A stretch of 64,000 bases of DNA, taken from NCBI GenBank assembly GCA_038896555.1, contig JAWACZ010000001.1, positions 8,591-72,590 on the forward strand, given 5' to 3'. Numbering within the stretch: the first letter of the stretch is position 1; each line of letters opens with the position of its first letter. A program made the translations under genes and the position numbers. Source of the stretch: Candidatus Caldarchaeum sp. GTDB taxonomy: Archaea; Thermoproteota; Nitrososphaeria_A; Caldarchaeales; Caldarchaeaceae. The notes beneath the pieces were generated by a model. That model did not search any database, was not told the origin of the DNA, and worked only from the letters and a program-made list of their open reading frames with translations. Of this stretch, positions 56,431 to 64,000 are shown one piece after another.

Positions 56431-57834
56431 CTAGAGAGAATGGCGTCTTTTCATCTCCGAATATTTGTGTAGGTAGACTAGGCTGAGCGCTGCCCTCTCA
56501 GGCGATGTATAAACTGGCATCCCTATATCCGTCAGCGGCTTGATTATCTTGTCGAATATACCATCATCACCCATGATAACGCCTATCAGCGGCTTGCCCT
56601 TCTCCTTTGAAAGCTGGAAGCACTCGCCCCATGAACGTTCAAAATGGTCGTAAGGGATGAAAACTGACCGAATACCCGCTGCCACTACAATGTCAACCTC
56701 GTCGCTCTCAATGAGTTCGGTCAGCGCACCTTTGATGACATCATAGTTGACGTTAGCTGTTGTATCTACTGGATTGTAGGGGTAGCCAAGGCCTGGAGGA
56801 AGCTTGTCCCTCACCCTCTTTGCAAGCTCTTCAGAGAACGGGGGAATTTTTAGACCGTTCGCCTCGCATATATCAGCCATGACAGCGCTTATTCCGCCTG
56901 TGTTAGTCACAAAACCCATTCTGTTACCTTCAGGAACGGGTAGAAACGCTAACGCCTTAATTGCGTCTATGGCTTCTGTTATACCTCTAACGCGGATTAC
57001 CCCACCTTCCTCGAATGCTTTCTCGACTGCTCCTAAATCCGCATGTTTAGACCCTGTATGCATCGAGATTATCCTCTTACCTCCATCGTAAAGACCGGCT
57101 AAATATCCGAGTATGGGTTTCTTTTTTGATACCCGCTTAGATACCTTCACAAAGGAGTCAGTGTCAACTATCGACTCCAAATACATGAAGACCACCTTTA
57201 TCAGTTCGTCGTCTTCCATCAGCTCTAAAAGCTCAACCTCGTTTACGTCCGATTTGTTCTCCAGGTTGACGAACTTGTTTACGGGTATGCCGTTCCGGAT
57301 GGCCTCATAGGCGAATCCCGACATCATGCCTCCGCTCTGGGTTATTACTCCCACAGGTCCTTTCATCGTCTTTAACGGGTTGAAGGTCAGGTGCAGGTCT
57401 ATCTCTCCGTTAAAAAGCCCGTTAGTGTTAGGTCCTATGATCCTTACACCAGCCGATTTCGCTATATTGACAACTTCAGCTTGGTATCGCTCTCCGTCCG
57501 GTCCTTTCTCCGCAAACCCGCTCGAGTAGATTATCAATCCTTTGACATGCTTCGCAGCAGCTTGCTTAACGACCTCCAGGACGGCTTTCGACGGAATGAC
57601 TATGCACGCTAGGTCGACAGGCTCAGGTATGTCGAGCAAAGATGGATAACACTTGAGTCCTAGAAGCTCTTGCTCGTTGGGATTGACTGGATACACTTTT
57701 CCTTTAAACCCATGTTCTAAAACGTTCTTAAGTATAGTGTTGCCTATGCTTCCAGCATGTTTGGATGCACCCACAATAGCTATAGACTTCGGATAAAGTA
57801 TATCCCTGGCATTTATGGCCGGTTTGTTGTTCAT
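56431..57834 (-). CDS. ADP-forming acyl-CoA synthetase alpha-subunit paralog (no adjacent beta)
   Basis: 467 aa. The N-terminal SIAIVGASKHAGSIGNTILKNV...VYPVNP CoA-binding domain is followed by a succinyl-CoA-ligase-like domain. Confidence 0.85.
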   Translation of the reverse strand: MNNKPAINARDILYPKSIAIVGASKHAGSIGNTILKNVLEHGFKGKVYPVNPNEQELLGLKCYPSLLDIPEPVDLACIVIPSKAVLEVVKQAAAKHVKGLIIYSSGFAEKGPDGERYQAEVVNIAKSAGVRIIGPNTNGLFNGEIDLHLTFNPLKTMKGPVGVITQSGGMMSGFAYEAIRNGIPVNKFVNLENKSDVNEVELLELMEDDELIKVVFMYLESIVDTDSFVKVSKRVSKKKPILGYLAGLYDGGKRIISMHTGSKHADLGAVEKAFEEGGVIRVRGITEAIDAIKALAFLPVPEGNRMGFVTNTGGISAVMADICEANGLKIPPFSEELAKRVRDKLPPGLGYPYNPVDTTANVNYDVIKGALTELIESDEVDIVVAAGIRSVFIPYDHFERSWGECFQLSKEKGKPLIGVIMGDDGIFDKIIKPLTDIGMPVYTSPERAALSLVYLHKYSEMKRRHSL

Positions 57835-58198
57835 CGTCTAGCTAGGTTCGAATTCCGATAATATATATTCTTGGCTTTAACCCCCATGACTTAACAGCTC
57901 TATTCGGAGAGTTCCAGAAGATATGCGTGGGTTTTAGGAGTATGACCGACGTCCTTAGCCAGTTTCGAACGGTTTTGTTATCCATTGCCAGCCACCAGAT
58001 GCATCAAGGATTGTAAGTTAGACAAACTAATTCACCGTTTCAGCATTGGTAGCATTTCTGTATCTGTCGACAAGCGTATTGTTCTCGCGCTCCGCTGTCT
58101 TCACAAACTGGCGAAGCTCTACCTAACAGTTCCGAACATTAGTCTCGAAGAATTCAGGATATGCGGGACTGCAACTGTCTTAAAGGATGTGAATCCTC

Positions 58199-59461
58199 CT
58201 AACTTTTTACAGCACGTTTAGATGCTGCAGCACCGTGTGAAGGTCTGCTCACTGGCTGGGGATGCTGACGCTGCCGCATGTACTGTACTTCTTTCTCGGT
58301 AAACCCGAAAAACTCAGCCAGTCTTTTTCCGTTGGAGCTTAACATGATCTTGACGAAGGGAAGGGCTTCTGTCCTCGCTTTCCTGCTAGACATGTGGAGT
58401 GCTTTTCCCAGCTTGGAGCAGATGTCTTCAACAAGCTCCCTTTCCCCCCTTGTTCGGCTGAGATAGCTTATCCTGCTTGGATAGCTGAATTTCACAAACT
58501 TGGCAGGCGTCTGCTTCCTAGCCAGCGCAACACCAGCGGTCATGAAAGGCACGGCATACCTCAGCAGATGCCAAGCCTGTTTAGAGTTGACCCTCTGCAG
58601 GAACAGGTCAGCTTTCGAAAGGTTTTCCAAAGCTTTTGCTAGATCATGCGGCGAAAGCTGTTCCGGAGCATTGTCCAAAACCCATGTGAAAAACTCCGCA
58701 GGGTCTAAATCAAGGTTGTTCAAAGCGTAAACAGCGTTGTTGAAGCTTTTCGCGTGGAAGACGGTAGCCAACGCATTAAACACCATGTTCTTTCTGTCCC
58801 TGCTTCCGACCTCAAGCCCCGTGTCTAAAGCAGAGGCGTAAATTTGAAGGTCGTTTATGGCCGACCTGAGGTCTCCGTCAGAGTTTTCTGCTATCTCCTT
58901 GATTTTTTCCTCTGGGATTTTCAGTCCTTCCGCCATGGTTATCTTCTTTATGTGCGCTGCTACCGTGGGTTTTGGGATTCTTCTAAACTGTATCATTTGG
59001 CAGATCTCTCTGAGGGGTGCGAGCTTAGGGTCCCAGGGGTCGTTGGCGACCATGACTATAGGTACATGGCTTTCCGCGACTATCTGGACGAGGGTCTGCA
59101 CAGCCCCAGCGTCTGCGCGGGCCTCTATGCCGTCAACCTCGTCTATGAGGATAACCTTACCCTTAGCCGCTGTGATCGAGTCTTGGGATGATGCTGCTCC
59201 CACAATCCGTTCAACGTTTTCCCGTGTTCTGAAATCGCTCGCATTCATCTCGATTACTTCCCAGCCGTGCTCTTTTGCGTAGGCGTGTACAAGCGAGGTT
59301 TTGCCTACCCCCGCTGGACCATACAAAAGTGCTGCCTTTTTCGACTGCCTGCGTTTAAGCCAGCCTTCAATCCATTCCATGAACTCGGCTACGGCGTCTT
59401 TATTACCTGCTATTTCGGATATTTTTGAGGGCCTGTATTTCTCAGTCCAGAGAAGGGTCAT
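58199..59461 (-). CDS. rfcL: Replication factor C large subunit
   Basis: 420 aa. WTEKYRP, Walker A GPAGVGKTS, and DEVD. It overlaps rfcS by 4 nt. Confidence 0.9.
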   Translation of the reverse strand: MTLLWTEKYRPSKISEIAGNKDAVAEFMEWIEGWLKRRQSKKAALLYGPAGVGKTSLVHAYAKEHGWEVIEMNASDFRTRENVERIVGAASSQDSITAAKGKVILIDEVDGIEARADAGAVQTLVQIVAESHVPIVMVANDPWDPKLAPLREICQMIQFRRIPKPTVAAHIKKITMAEGLKIPEEKIKEIAENSDGDLRSAINDLQIYASALDTGLEVGSRDRKNMVFNALATVFHAKSFNNAVYALNNLDLDPAEFFTWVLDNAPEQLSPHDLAKALENLSKADLFLQRVNSKQAWHLLRYAVPFMTAGVALARKQTPAKFVKFSYPSRISYLSRTRGERELVEDICSKLGKALHMSSRKARTEALPFVKIMLSSNGKRLAEFFGFTEKEVQYMRQRQHPQPVSRPSHGAAASKRAVKS

Positions 59462-60438
59462 CCTCCAGCCCTCTTCAGTAAACTGAGCTTGGCTAAGAAG
59501 GCTTGGAGCTGTACTTCTGGTGTGCCTCCCTGCGATATGCGGTAGTCCGTCTCACCTAAAGCGTCAACAAGTTTTATCTTGTCGTCCTCTGACACGTTCA
59601 GAGATGGTATTTCCCTTGACATGGAGGAGATTATGTCTTGAGCTTGATGGCCTTGTATGTATATTATATCGCGTAGAAGGTCTCGAGCCTCTTTAAACTT
59701 TCCGTCGAGGGCTAGTTCAAGCATCCTCCTAACTTCACCCCTGCTCACAAGCCCCATAACTTTGTACACATTTTTTTCGTCAACTCTAGGGAATAGAGAA
59801 GCTGCCGACTGCAGTATGTTTATGGCCTTACGCATGTCTCCCAGCGAAAACTCATAGATCGCCTGCACAGCCGAATCTTCAAGCGTTACCTTTTCGGCCT
59901 CCGCAATACGCCTCAGCATTATCTCAACCATCTGCATGCTAAGTGGCTTGAACCTCAGGACGGCACATCTTGATTGGATGGGTTCGATTATTCTGTTGCT
60001 GTAGTTTGCCGCCAGTATAAACCTGCATGTTGCTGAAAACTGCTCCATAGTCCTCCTGAAAGCATGCTGTGCGGCATCGGTAAGCTGGTCGCTTTCGTCA
60101 AGCAGTAAAATCCGAAAACCTATCCCACCAAACGGGACCGTCCTCGCATACGTTTTAACCCTCTCCCTTATCGTTTCGATCCCTCTTTCGTCTGAGGCGT
60201 TGATTTCGACGAAGAGGCCGTCCTCGAGATATCTTGGGCCGAAAAGCTCTTGGGCGAAAGCATGAGCGGTGGCTGTCTTGCCTGTTCCCGGCGGGCCTGA
60301 GAAAAGCATGTGAGGCACGTTTTTTGTCGAGACAACGTTTTTCAACGTGGAAACAACCTCCTCCTGGTTCACTACGTCGTCAAGCCTTCTCGGCCTATAT
60401 TTTTCAACCCACGGCAGATGAAGGTCTGTCGACGACAA
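59458..60438 (-). CDS. rfcS: Replication factor C small subunit
   Basis: 326 aa. WVEKYRP, GPPGTGKT, the DESD Walker B motif, and the SRC motif (QSRC). No intein. Confidence 0.95.
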   Translation of the reverse strand: MSSTDLHLPWVEKYRPRRLDDVVNQEEVVSTLKNVVSTKNVPHMLFSGPPGTGKTATAHAFAQELFGPRYLEDGLFVEINASDERGIETIRERVKTYARTVPFGGIGFRILLLDESDQLTDAAQHAFRRTMEQFSATCRFILAANYSNRIIEPIQSRCAVLRFKPLSMQMVEIMLRRIAEAEKVTLEDSAVQAIYEFSLGDMRKAINILQSAASLFPRVDEKNVYKVMGLVSRGEVRRMLELALDGKFKEARDLLRDIIYIQGHQAQDIISSMSREIPSLNVSEDDKIKLVDALGETDYRISQGGTPEVQLQAFLAKLSLLKRAGG

Positions 60439-60461
60439 ACGTCATCCACCTAAGCCTTTGC

Positions 60462-61265
60462 TCAAAGCCTAAATATGTTTTTAGCGTTTTCCGACGTAAC
60501 CTCAACCACCTTGTCTAACGGTATGTTTTTCAGACGTGATATAGCTTCAGCAGAGATTCTGATGTTTGCAGGAGTGTTTACAATGCCTCTCTCAGGGCCC
60601 AGAACAGGTGCATCGCTTTCCAACATAAGGTTTTCAAGCCCCAGCCTTTTTACCATTTTTTGCTTCTGCTCAGACCTGACGACCGAGGGCGGGACTGAGA
60701 AGAAGAAACCTTTTGAAGCTCCTCTGGCGGCCTCGCTTGCCGCGCCGTCGAAGGCATGCATAACCACTTCTTCAGCACCAGCCTCTATTAAAACATCTAA
60801 AGCATACTTACCCGCGCTGCGTGAATGAATGACTAGAGGAAGGCCTGTCTTATTAGCGAGGCTGATGAATTCTTTAAACACTCTCAGCTGGTTTTCACGC
60901 GTTTCCCGTTTACCCCAGTAGTAGTCAAGGCCAACCTCCCCGACGGCCACTATCTTATCCTTGTTTCTCTCGATAAGCTCGATGACTTTTTCGTAGTCGT
61001 TTAGGTCGTAGGGCTCGATGCCCAGCGAGGCGTGAACGAAGCTGTTGTCGGCTATCGAAAGGGCTTTTAAGCAGTCGGCGTAGCCTATCCCCGAAGTTAT
61101 CACAGCAAAGACCCCTGCCTGTTTAGCCTCCTCCAATATTTTTCCAAGGCTTGTGTAAAGCGGTTCCTCAGTCAGGTGGCAGTGGACGTCTATCACAAAA
61201 GCATCATTCAAACGTTGCGATTTAAAGATGTGAAAAGCCGCCAGTGGCAGAGAATCATGCAACAA
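60462..61265 (-). CDS. TatD family metal-dependent hydrolase
   Basis: IDVHCHL N-terminal motif, GEVGLDY, HSR, and ESDAP. The true start may be the internal TTG at 61211 (MNDAFVIDVHCHL). Confidence 0.85.
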   Translation of the reverse strand: MLHDSLPLAAFHIFKSQRLNDAFVIDVHCHLTEEPLYTSLGKILEEAKQAGVFAVITSGIGYADCLKALSIADNSFVHASLGIEPYDLNDYEKVIELIERNKDKIVAVGEVGLDYYWGKRETRENQLRVFKEFISLANKTGLPLVIHSRSAGKYALDVLIEAGAEEVVMHAFDGAASEAARGASKGFFFSVPPSVVRSEQKQKMVKRLGLENLMLESDAPVLGPERGIVNTPANIRISAEAISRLKNIPLDKVVEVTSENAKNIFRL

Positions 61266-61438
61266 TTATTTACCCAGCCAAGGAGCTGGTGTTTTTAAGC
61301 TCCTCTACTGGTGTGGCCTTTGACCCATCATCATGAGCCTACCGCAATGTGGAAAAGTATTACAGCTGATTATCCCAGACAAAAAGAAACCATAGCCAGC
61401 GTAACAGCAAGTTCAAATATCCACTAGCACGTGTTCTT

Positions 61439-61762
61439 TTGGATGCTTTTGGGCTGAAGTATATGCTAAGATGTGTTTGTGGTAATGAGATAAAGGAAGC
61501 AGACGACCTTGAGTTCAGCAACGTGGCTGATGGTGTTTTCAAGGCTAGATGTAAAAACAGGTTTTGCAGGCTTGAGGAGGTTCTTGAGATATTTTTGACG
61601 GATAAAAAGGCTGAGGTAAGGTTTTCTGCTATGTTCAGCGACTACAACCTTCTCACCATGGGAAGCGATGTGCTGGAGAAACGTCTAAAAGATTTTGGTA
61701 ATAGAATTGTGGAAAGGGTTGCTGGCAGAAAAGGTTTAAAGACACGTGTTACACATAGATGA
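61439..61762 (+). CDS. Hypothetical small protein with a CxC...CxxxxC pattern
   Basis: 107 aa (or about 99 aa from ATG 61463). No recognisable family. It is tightly followed by the MBL gene with a 3-nt gap. Confidence 0.4.
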   Translation: MDAFGLKYMLRCVCGNEIKEADDLEFSNVADGVFKARCKNRFCRLEEVLEIFLTDKKAEVRFSAMFSDYNLLTMGSDVLEKRLKDFGNRIVERVAGRKGLKTRVTHR

Positions 61763-61765
61763 TTC

Positions 61766-62422
61766 ATGACCTATACCCACAAAGGAGTGGGGATAACTTG
61801 GCTTGGTCACGACAGCTTTGTCATCAAGAAAGACAAAACTATCTACATAGACCCTTACAAAATAACCGCGGGCCCTCCTGCCGACATGGTTTTGATAACT
61901 CATGACCATTTCGACCATCTCAGCCTCGACGACCTCAAGAAAATCGTCACCGAAAAGACGACAATTGTCGCAGCTAAGAACTGTGAGCATGAGTTGAGAA
62001 AGCTTGGTAAAGGCATCGTCAAATACGTGGCTGCGGGTGACAGCCTAACGCTAGACAACGTTTCGGTAAAGGCTGTACCAGCCTACAACGTTAACAAGTT
62101 TAGGGAGCCTGGGAAGGTTTTTCATCCAAAAGAATACGGCGGCGTCGGCTACGTCATAACAGTGGACAAGGTTTCCATCTACCATGCCGGCGACACAGAC
62201 TTCATCCCCGAGATGAAAGAGCTGAAGGTTGATGTGGCTTTGCTGCCAGTCAGCGGAACCTACGTCATGACTGCGGCCGAGGCCGTGGAAGCTGCTAACG
62301 CGATAAAACCAGCTGTCGCCATACCCATGCATTACGGAGCCATCGTAGGCTCGGAGAAAGACGCCGAGGAGTTCAAAAGGCTTTACAAGGGTGAGACGGT
62401 AATACTCAAGAAACAGGGTTAA
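61766..62422 (+). CDS. MBL-fold metal-dependent hydrolase (UPF0173-like)
   Basis: 218 aa with ITHDHFDH, HAGDT and a later H motif. Confidence 0.8.
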   Translation: MTYTHKGVGITWLGHDSFVIKKDKTIYIDPYKITAGPPADMVLITHDHFDHLSLDDLKKIVTEKTTIVAAKNCEHELRKLGKGIVKYVAAGDSLTLDNVSVKAVPAYNVNKFREPGKVFHPKEYGGVGYVITVDKVSIYHAGDTDFIPEMKELKVDVALLPVSGTYVMTAAEAVEAANAIKPAVAIPMHYGAIVGSEKDAEEFKRLYKGETVILKKQG

Positions 62423-62424
62423 AG

Positions 62425-62874
62425 ATGACCGAATGCCAGGAAGGCCATGACCACATCTACTATGGAGGGTTAAACATCTACAAAAAAAGAGAGCTTCTCA
62501 AAGTTGTAGATGTCTGGCGATGCCGCCGTTGCGGCGACATCAGGGTGGGTGTTAGAGGACCTGAGGTCCTAACCTCGACCGAGGGGATGATGCCTGAAAC
62601 AACTGCCGGCAAGCACTGGATTTTACTGGTCTGTAAAGCCGGCGAGGAACCAGCCTACGAGATGTTTCAAGCATCTGACTCACAGTACCTAGACCACAGA
62701 TGTCCCAGCCTTTCCGCTGGCGAACGGCTCTACTACGTCCGCGGGGCCGGGATATTCTATGGGTTGGACGGACCCTCCGCAGGCATGCATTACGTGTATG
62801 AGCTGGAGAAGACTGTTAGAGGGTATATTGATTTGGCGAAGACGCCGCCCGAGGTTGTTACGTTAATCAGGTGA
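62425..62874 (+). CDS. Hypothetical protein with a CRRCG zinc-knuckle-like motif
   Basis: 149 aa ORF starting 2 nt after the MBL stop. No family recognised. Confidence 0.45.
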   Translation: MTECQEGHDHIYYGGLNIYKKRELLKVVDVWRCRRCGDIRVGVRGPEVLTSTEGMMPETTAGKHWILLVCKAGEEPAYEMFQASDSQYLDHRCPSLSAGERLYYVRGAGIFYGLDGPSAGMHYVYELEKTVRGYIDLAKTPPEVVTLIR

Positions 62875-63291
62875 AAAGCCTTCGGGGATTTTTGAGAGAT
62901 GCTCGTGAACTATCTTCCAGCCCTGCTTAGTTTTCTGCAGCAAGACGCTGCATCGCACCGTTGCGTCTACCATCCGGCCCTCGAAGGCATAGTCGTTTAC
63001 AGCCATCCCCCTATAACTCATCAGGAAGATAGCTAAAGCAGTGTTTTCCATCAGCTCTACCGTTGGCTGCATTATTTCGTACTCGAAGTCAACTAGCTCA
63101 GTCAACAGGCTTGCTTTAAGCTTCAACGCCTCATCCCGGTCTTGAAGCCTGAAAGGTGGAAGGTCGCTGTACCTGGTATAGTTTTCTGCATGAAGCTCGC
63201 TGAACGCTTCGAACATCCCGTTCTTGCCTAGCTCAAAGCATTTTCTAATAGTTTCAAGAATTTCATGGGCTTTATTCAACGCTGATCTCAC
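62863..63291 (-). CDS. NTF2-like / SnoaL-like (DUF4440-type) protein
   Basis: 142 aa. The C-terminal pattern ...RCSVLLQKTKQGWKIVHEHLS is typical of NTF2-fold proteins. Confidence 0.5.
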   Translation of the reverse strand: MRSALNKAHEILETIRKCFELGKNGMFEAFSELHAENYTRYSDLPPFRLQDRDEALKLKASLLTELVDFEYEIMQPTVELMENTALAIFLMSYRGMAVNDYAFEGRMVDATVRCSVLLQKTKQGWKIVHEHLSKIPEGFSPD

Positions 63292-63541
63292 CGTTCAAGA
63301 TTTTCTGCTGGAGCTCCAGCTCCAGGCTGTTTATTTCTTCGTATGTAACGCCTTTCCCTAACAGGGTCTTCACATCCTCTTCTTCGACGGAGGACTTGAC
63401 GTTGGGGCCGCCGACGCTTTGATAAACAACTCCCTCAAACCTTACGTACATCCCTTTCCAGCGAAGTTTTCCACGAAAAACCTTAAACGGGTAATCACCC
63501 TCAACGTCTGTTATGCTCACTTCTTCAATCAACAACCACAC
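63272..63541 (-). CDS. Hypothetical protein
   Basis: 89 aa ORF overlapping both neighbours (17 and 20 nt) in a minus-strand operon. No family recognised. Confidence 0.4.
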   Translation of the reverse strand: MWLLIEEVSITDVEGDYPFKVFRGKLRWKGMYVRFEGVVYQSVGGPNVKSSVEEEDVKTLLGKGVTYEEINSLELELQQKILNGEISVE

Positions 63542-63938
63542 CCTGTACGCAGTTTAGAAAACCTTCCACAAGCTTTCTCTGCATGTTTTCACGCGGTATT
63601 CCTTTAAGCCATTCAGAGAGGTGGTTTACCAGCTTTTGGATAAACAGGTCAACGTCGCGGATGTTTTTCAACGCTGCTGATGGAAGTGATGCAAAAGGTA
63701 TTTCGGCGACCGATGTCTGCATGAAAGGCCCGAACTCATCTCTGGAAACTTTAACAGCGATGAGCCTGCCGCCCTCAAGCATGTAGGTTACTCCGACCAT
63801 GCTTGCAATCTCCAGACCCCATTCAATACCCGGCGGCGAGAACGGGAGAAGGGATTCCAGAAGTTTGAGCAGGTTTTCGTCCGACGGCTCCCGCCTGGCC
63901 TCCAAGTAAACACTGCGAAAACGTTCCACATAATCCAT
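63525..63938 (-). CDS. Hypothetical protein
   Basis: 137 aa ORF, the first gene of the minus-strand trio. An AT-rich TATA-like stretch lies about 25-35 nt upstream. No family recognised. Confidence 0.45.
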   Translation of the reverse strand: MDYVERFRSVYLEARREPSDENLLKLLESLLPFSPPGIEWGLEIASMVGVTYMLEGGRLIAVKVSRDEFGPFMQTSVAEIPFASLPSAALKNIRDVDLFIQKLVNHLSEWLKGIPRENMQRKLVEGFLNCVQGVVVD

Positions 63939-64000
63939 GGCAGACCAGCATAAGACGTGTCTAAAGACTTTATCCGAAGACCTCTCTGGATGAGGTTTTC

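Noticed and set aside
57845-57856. The sequence ggttcgaattcc, resembling a tRNA T-arm, in the 360-bp gap between the ACD-alpha paralog and rfcL
   Set aside because: The flanking bases do not form a T-stem, and no acceptor, D or anticodon arms can be drawn around it.
1-64000. CRISPR arrays, rRNA operons, integrases/transposases, or known defence systems
   Set aside because: Reading all intergenic regions and ORF translations showed no direct-repeat/spacer array, no rRNA-like sequence, no recombinase or transposase signature, and no recognisable defence gene families. The only mobile-element-like feature is the short element at 55288-55410.

Overview
This is an archaeal chromosomal segment. 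It carries MCM, a GINS subunit, Orc1/Cdc6, RFC small and large subunits, Hel308, a class I CCA-adding enzyme and an SsoPTP-like phosphatase. GC content looks mid-range and the proteins are rich in Lys, Glu, Val and Arg, which suggests a thermophile; I cannot place the lineage from sequence alone. Coding density is very high. Many gene pairs overlap by 4-40 nt, and many genes have a TATA-like box 22-30 nt upstream of the start codon, suggesting mostly leaderless transcripts. The window has two parts. (1) 0-24.4 kb and 58-64 kb hold information-processing and housekeeping genes: aspS, a ThpR/CCA/kinase operon, a prs/THUMP-methyltransferase/RNase Z operon, a GINS-MCM-Hel308 operon, thrC, cdc6 and TatD-RfcS-RfcL. 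(2) 24.5-57.8 kb is an accessory-looking metabolic island rich in paralogs. It holds two intact UbiD-family decarboxylases and, as I read it, a decayed third copy. It also holds two amidohydrolase_2-type proteins, a cyclase/formamidase-like protein, and two molybdopterin-hydroxylase large subunits with only one 2Fe-2S subunit and no FAD subunit. There are AMP-forming and ADP-forming acyl-CoA synthetases, cupin and FAH-like proteins, and two ABC importers whose genes are interleaved. I read this island as a candidate, undescribed aromatic or heteroaromatic acid (de)carboxylation and CoA-activation system, which is an inference from family content only. Other points from direct reading are a 107-bp MITE-like element with inverted repeats and an 8-bp duplication next to a UbiD promoter, an apparent frame problem at the 5' end of thrC, a degenerate ParB/Srx-like protein in a three-gene operon, and several unusually long non-coding gaps. 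I found no rRNA, tRNA or CRISPR array, and no convincing replication origin.
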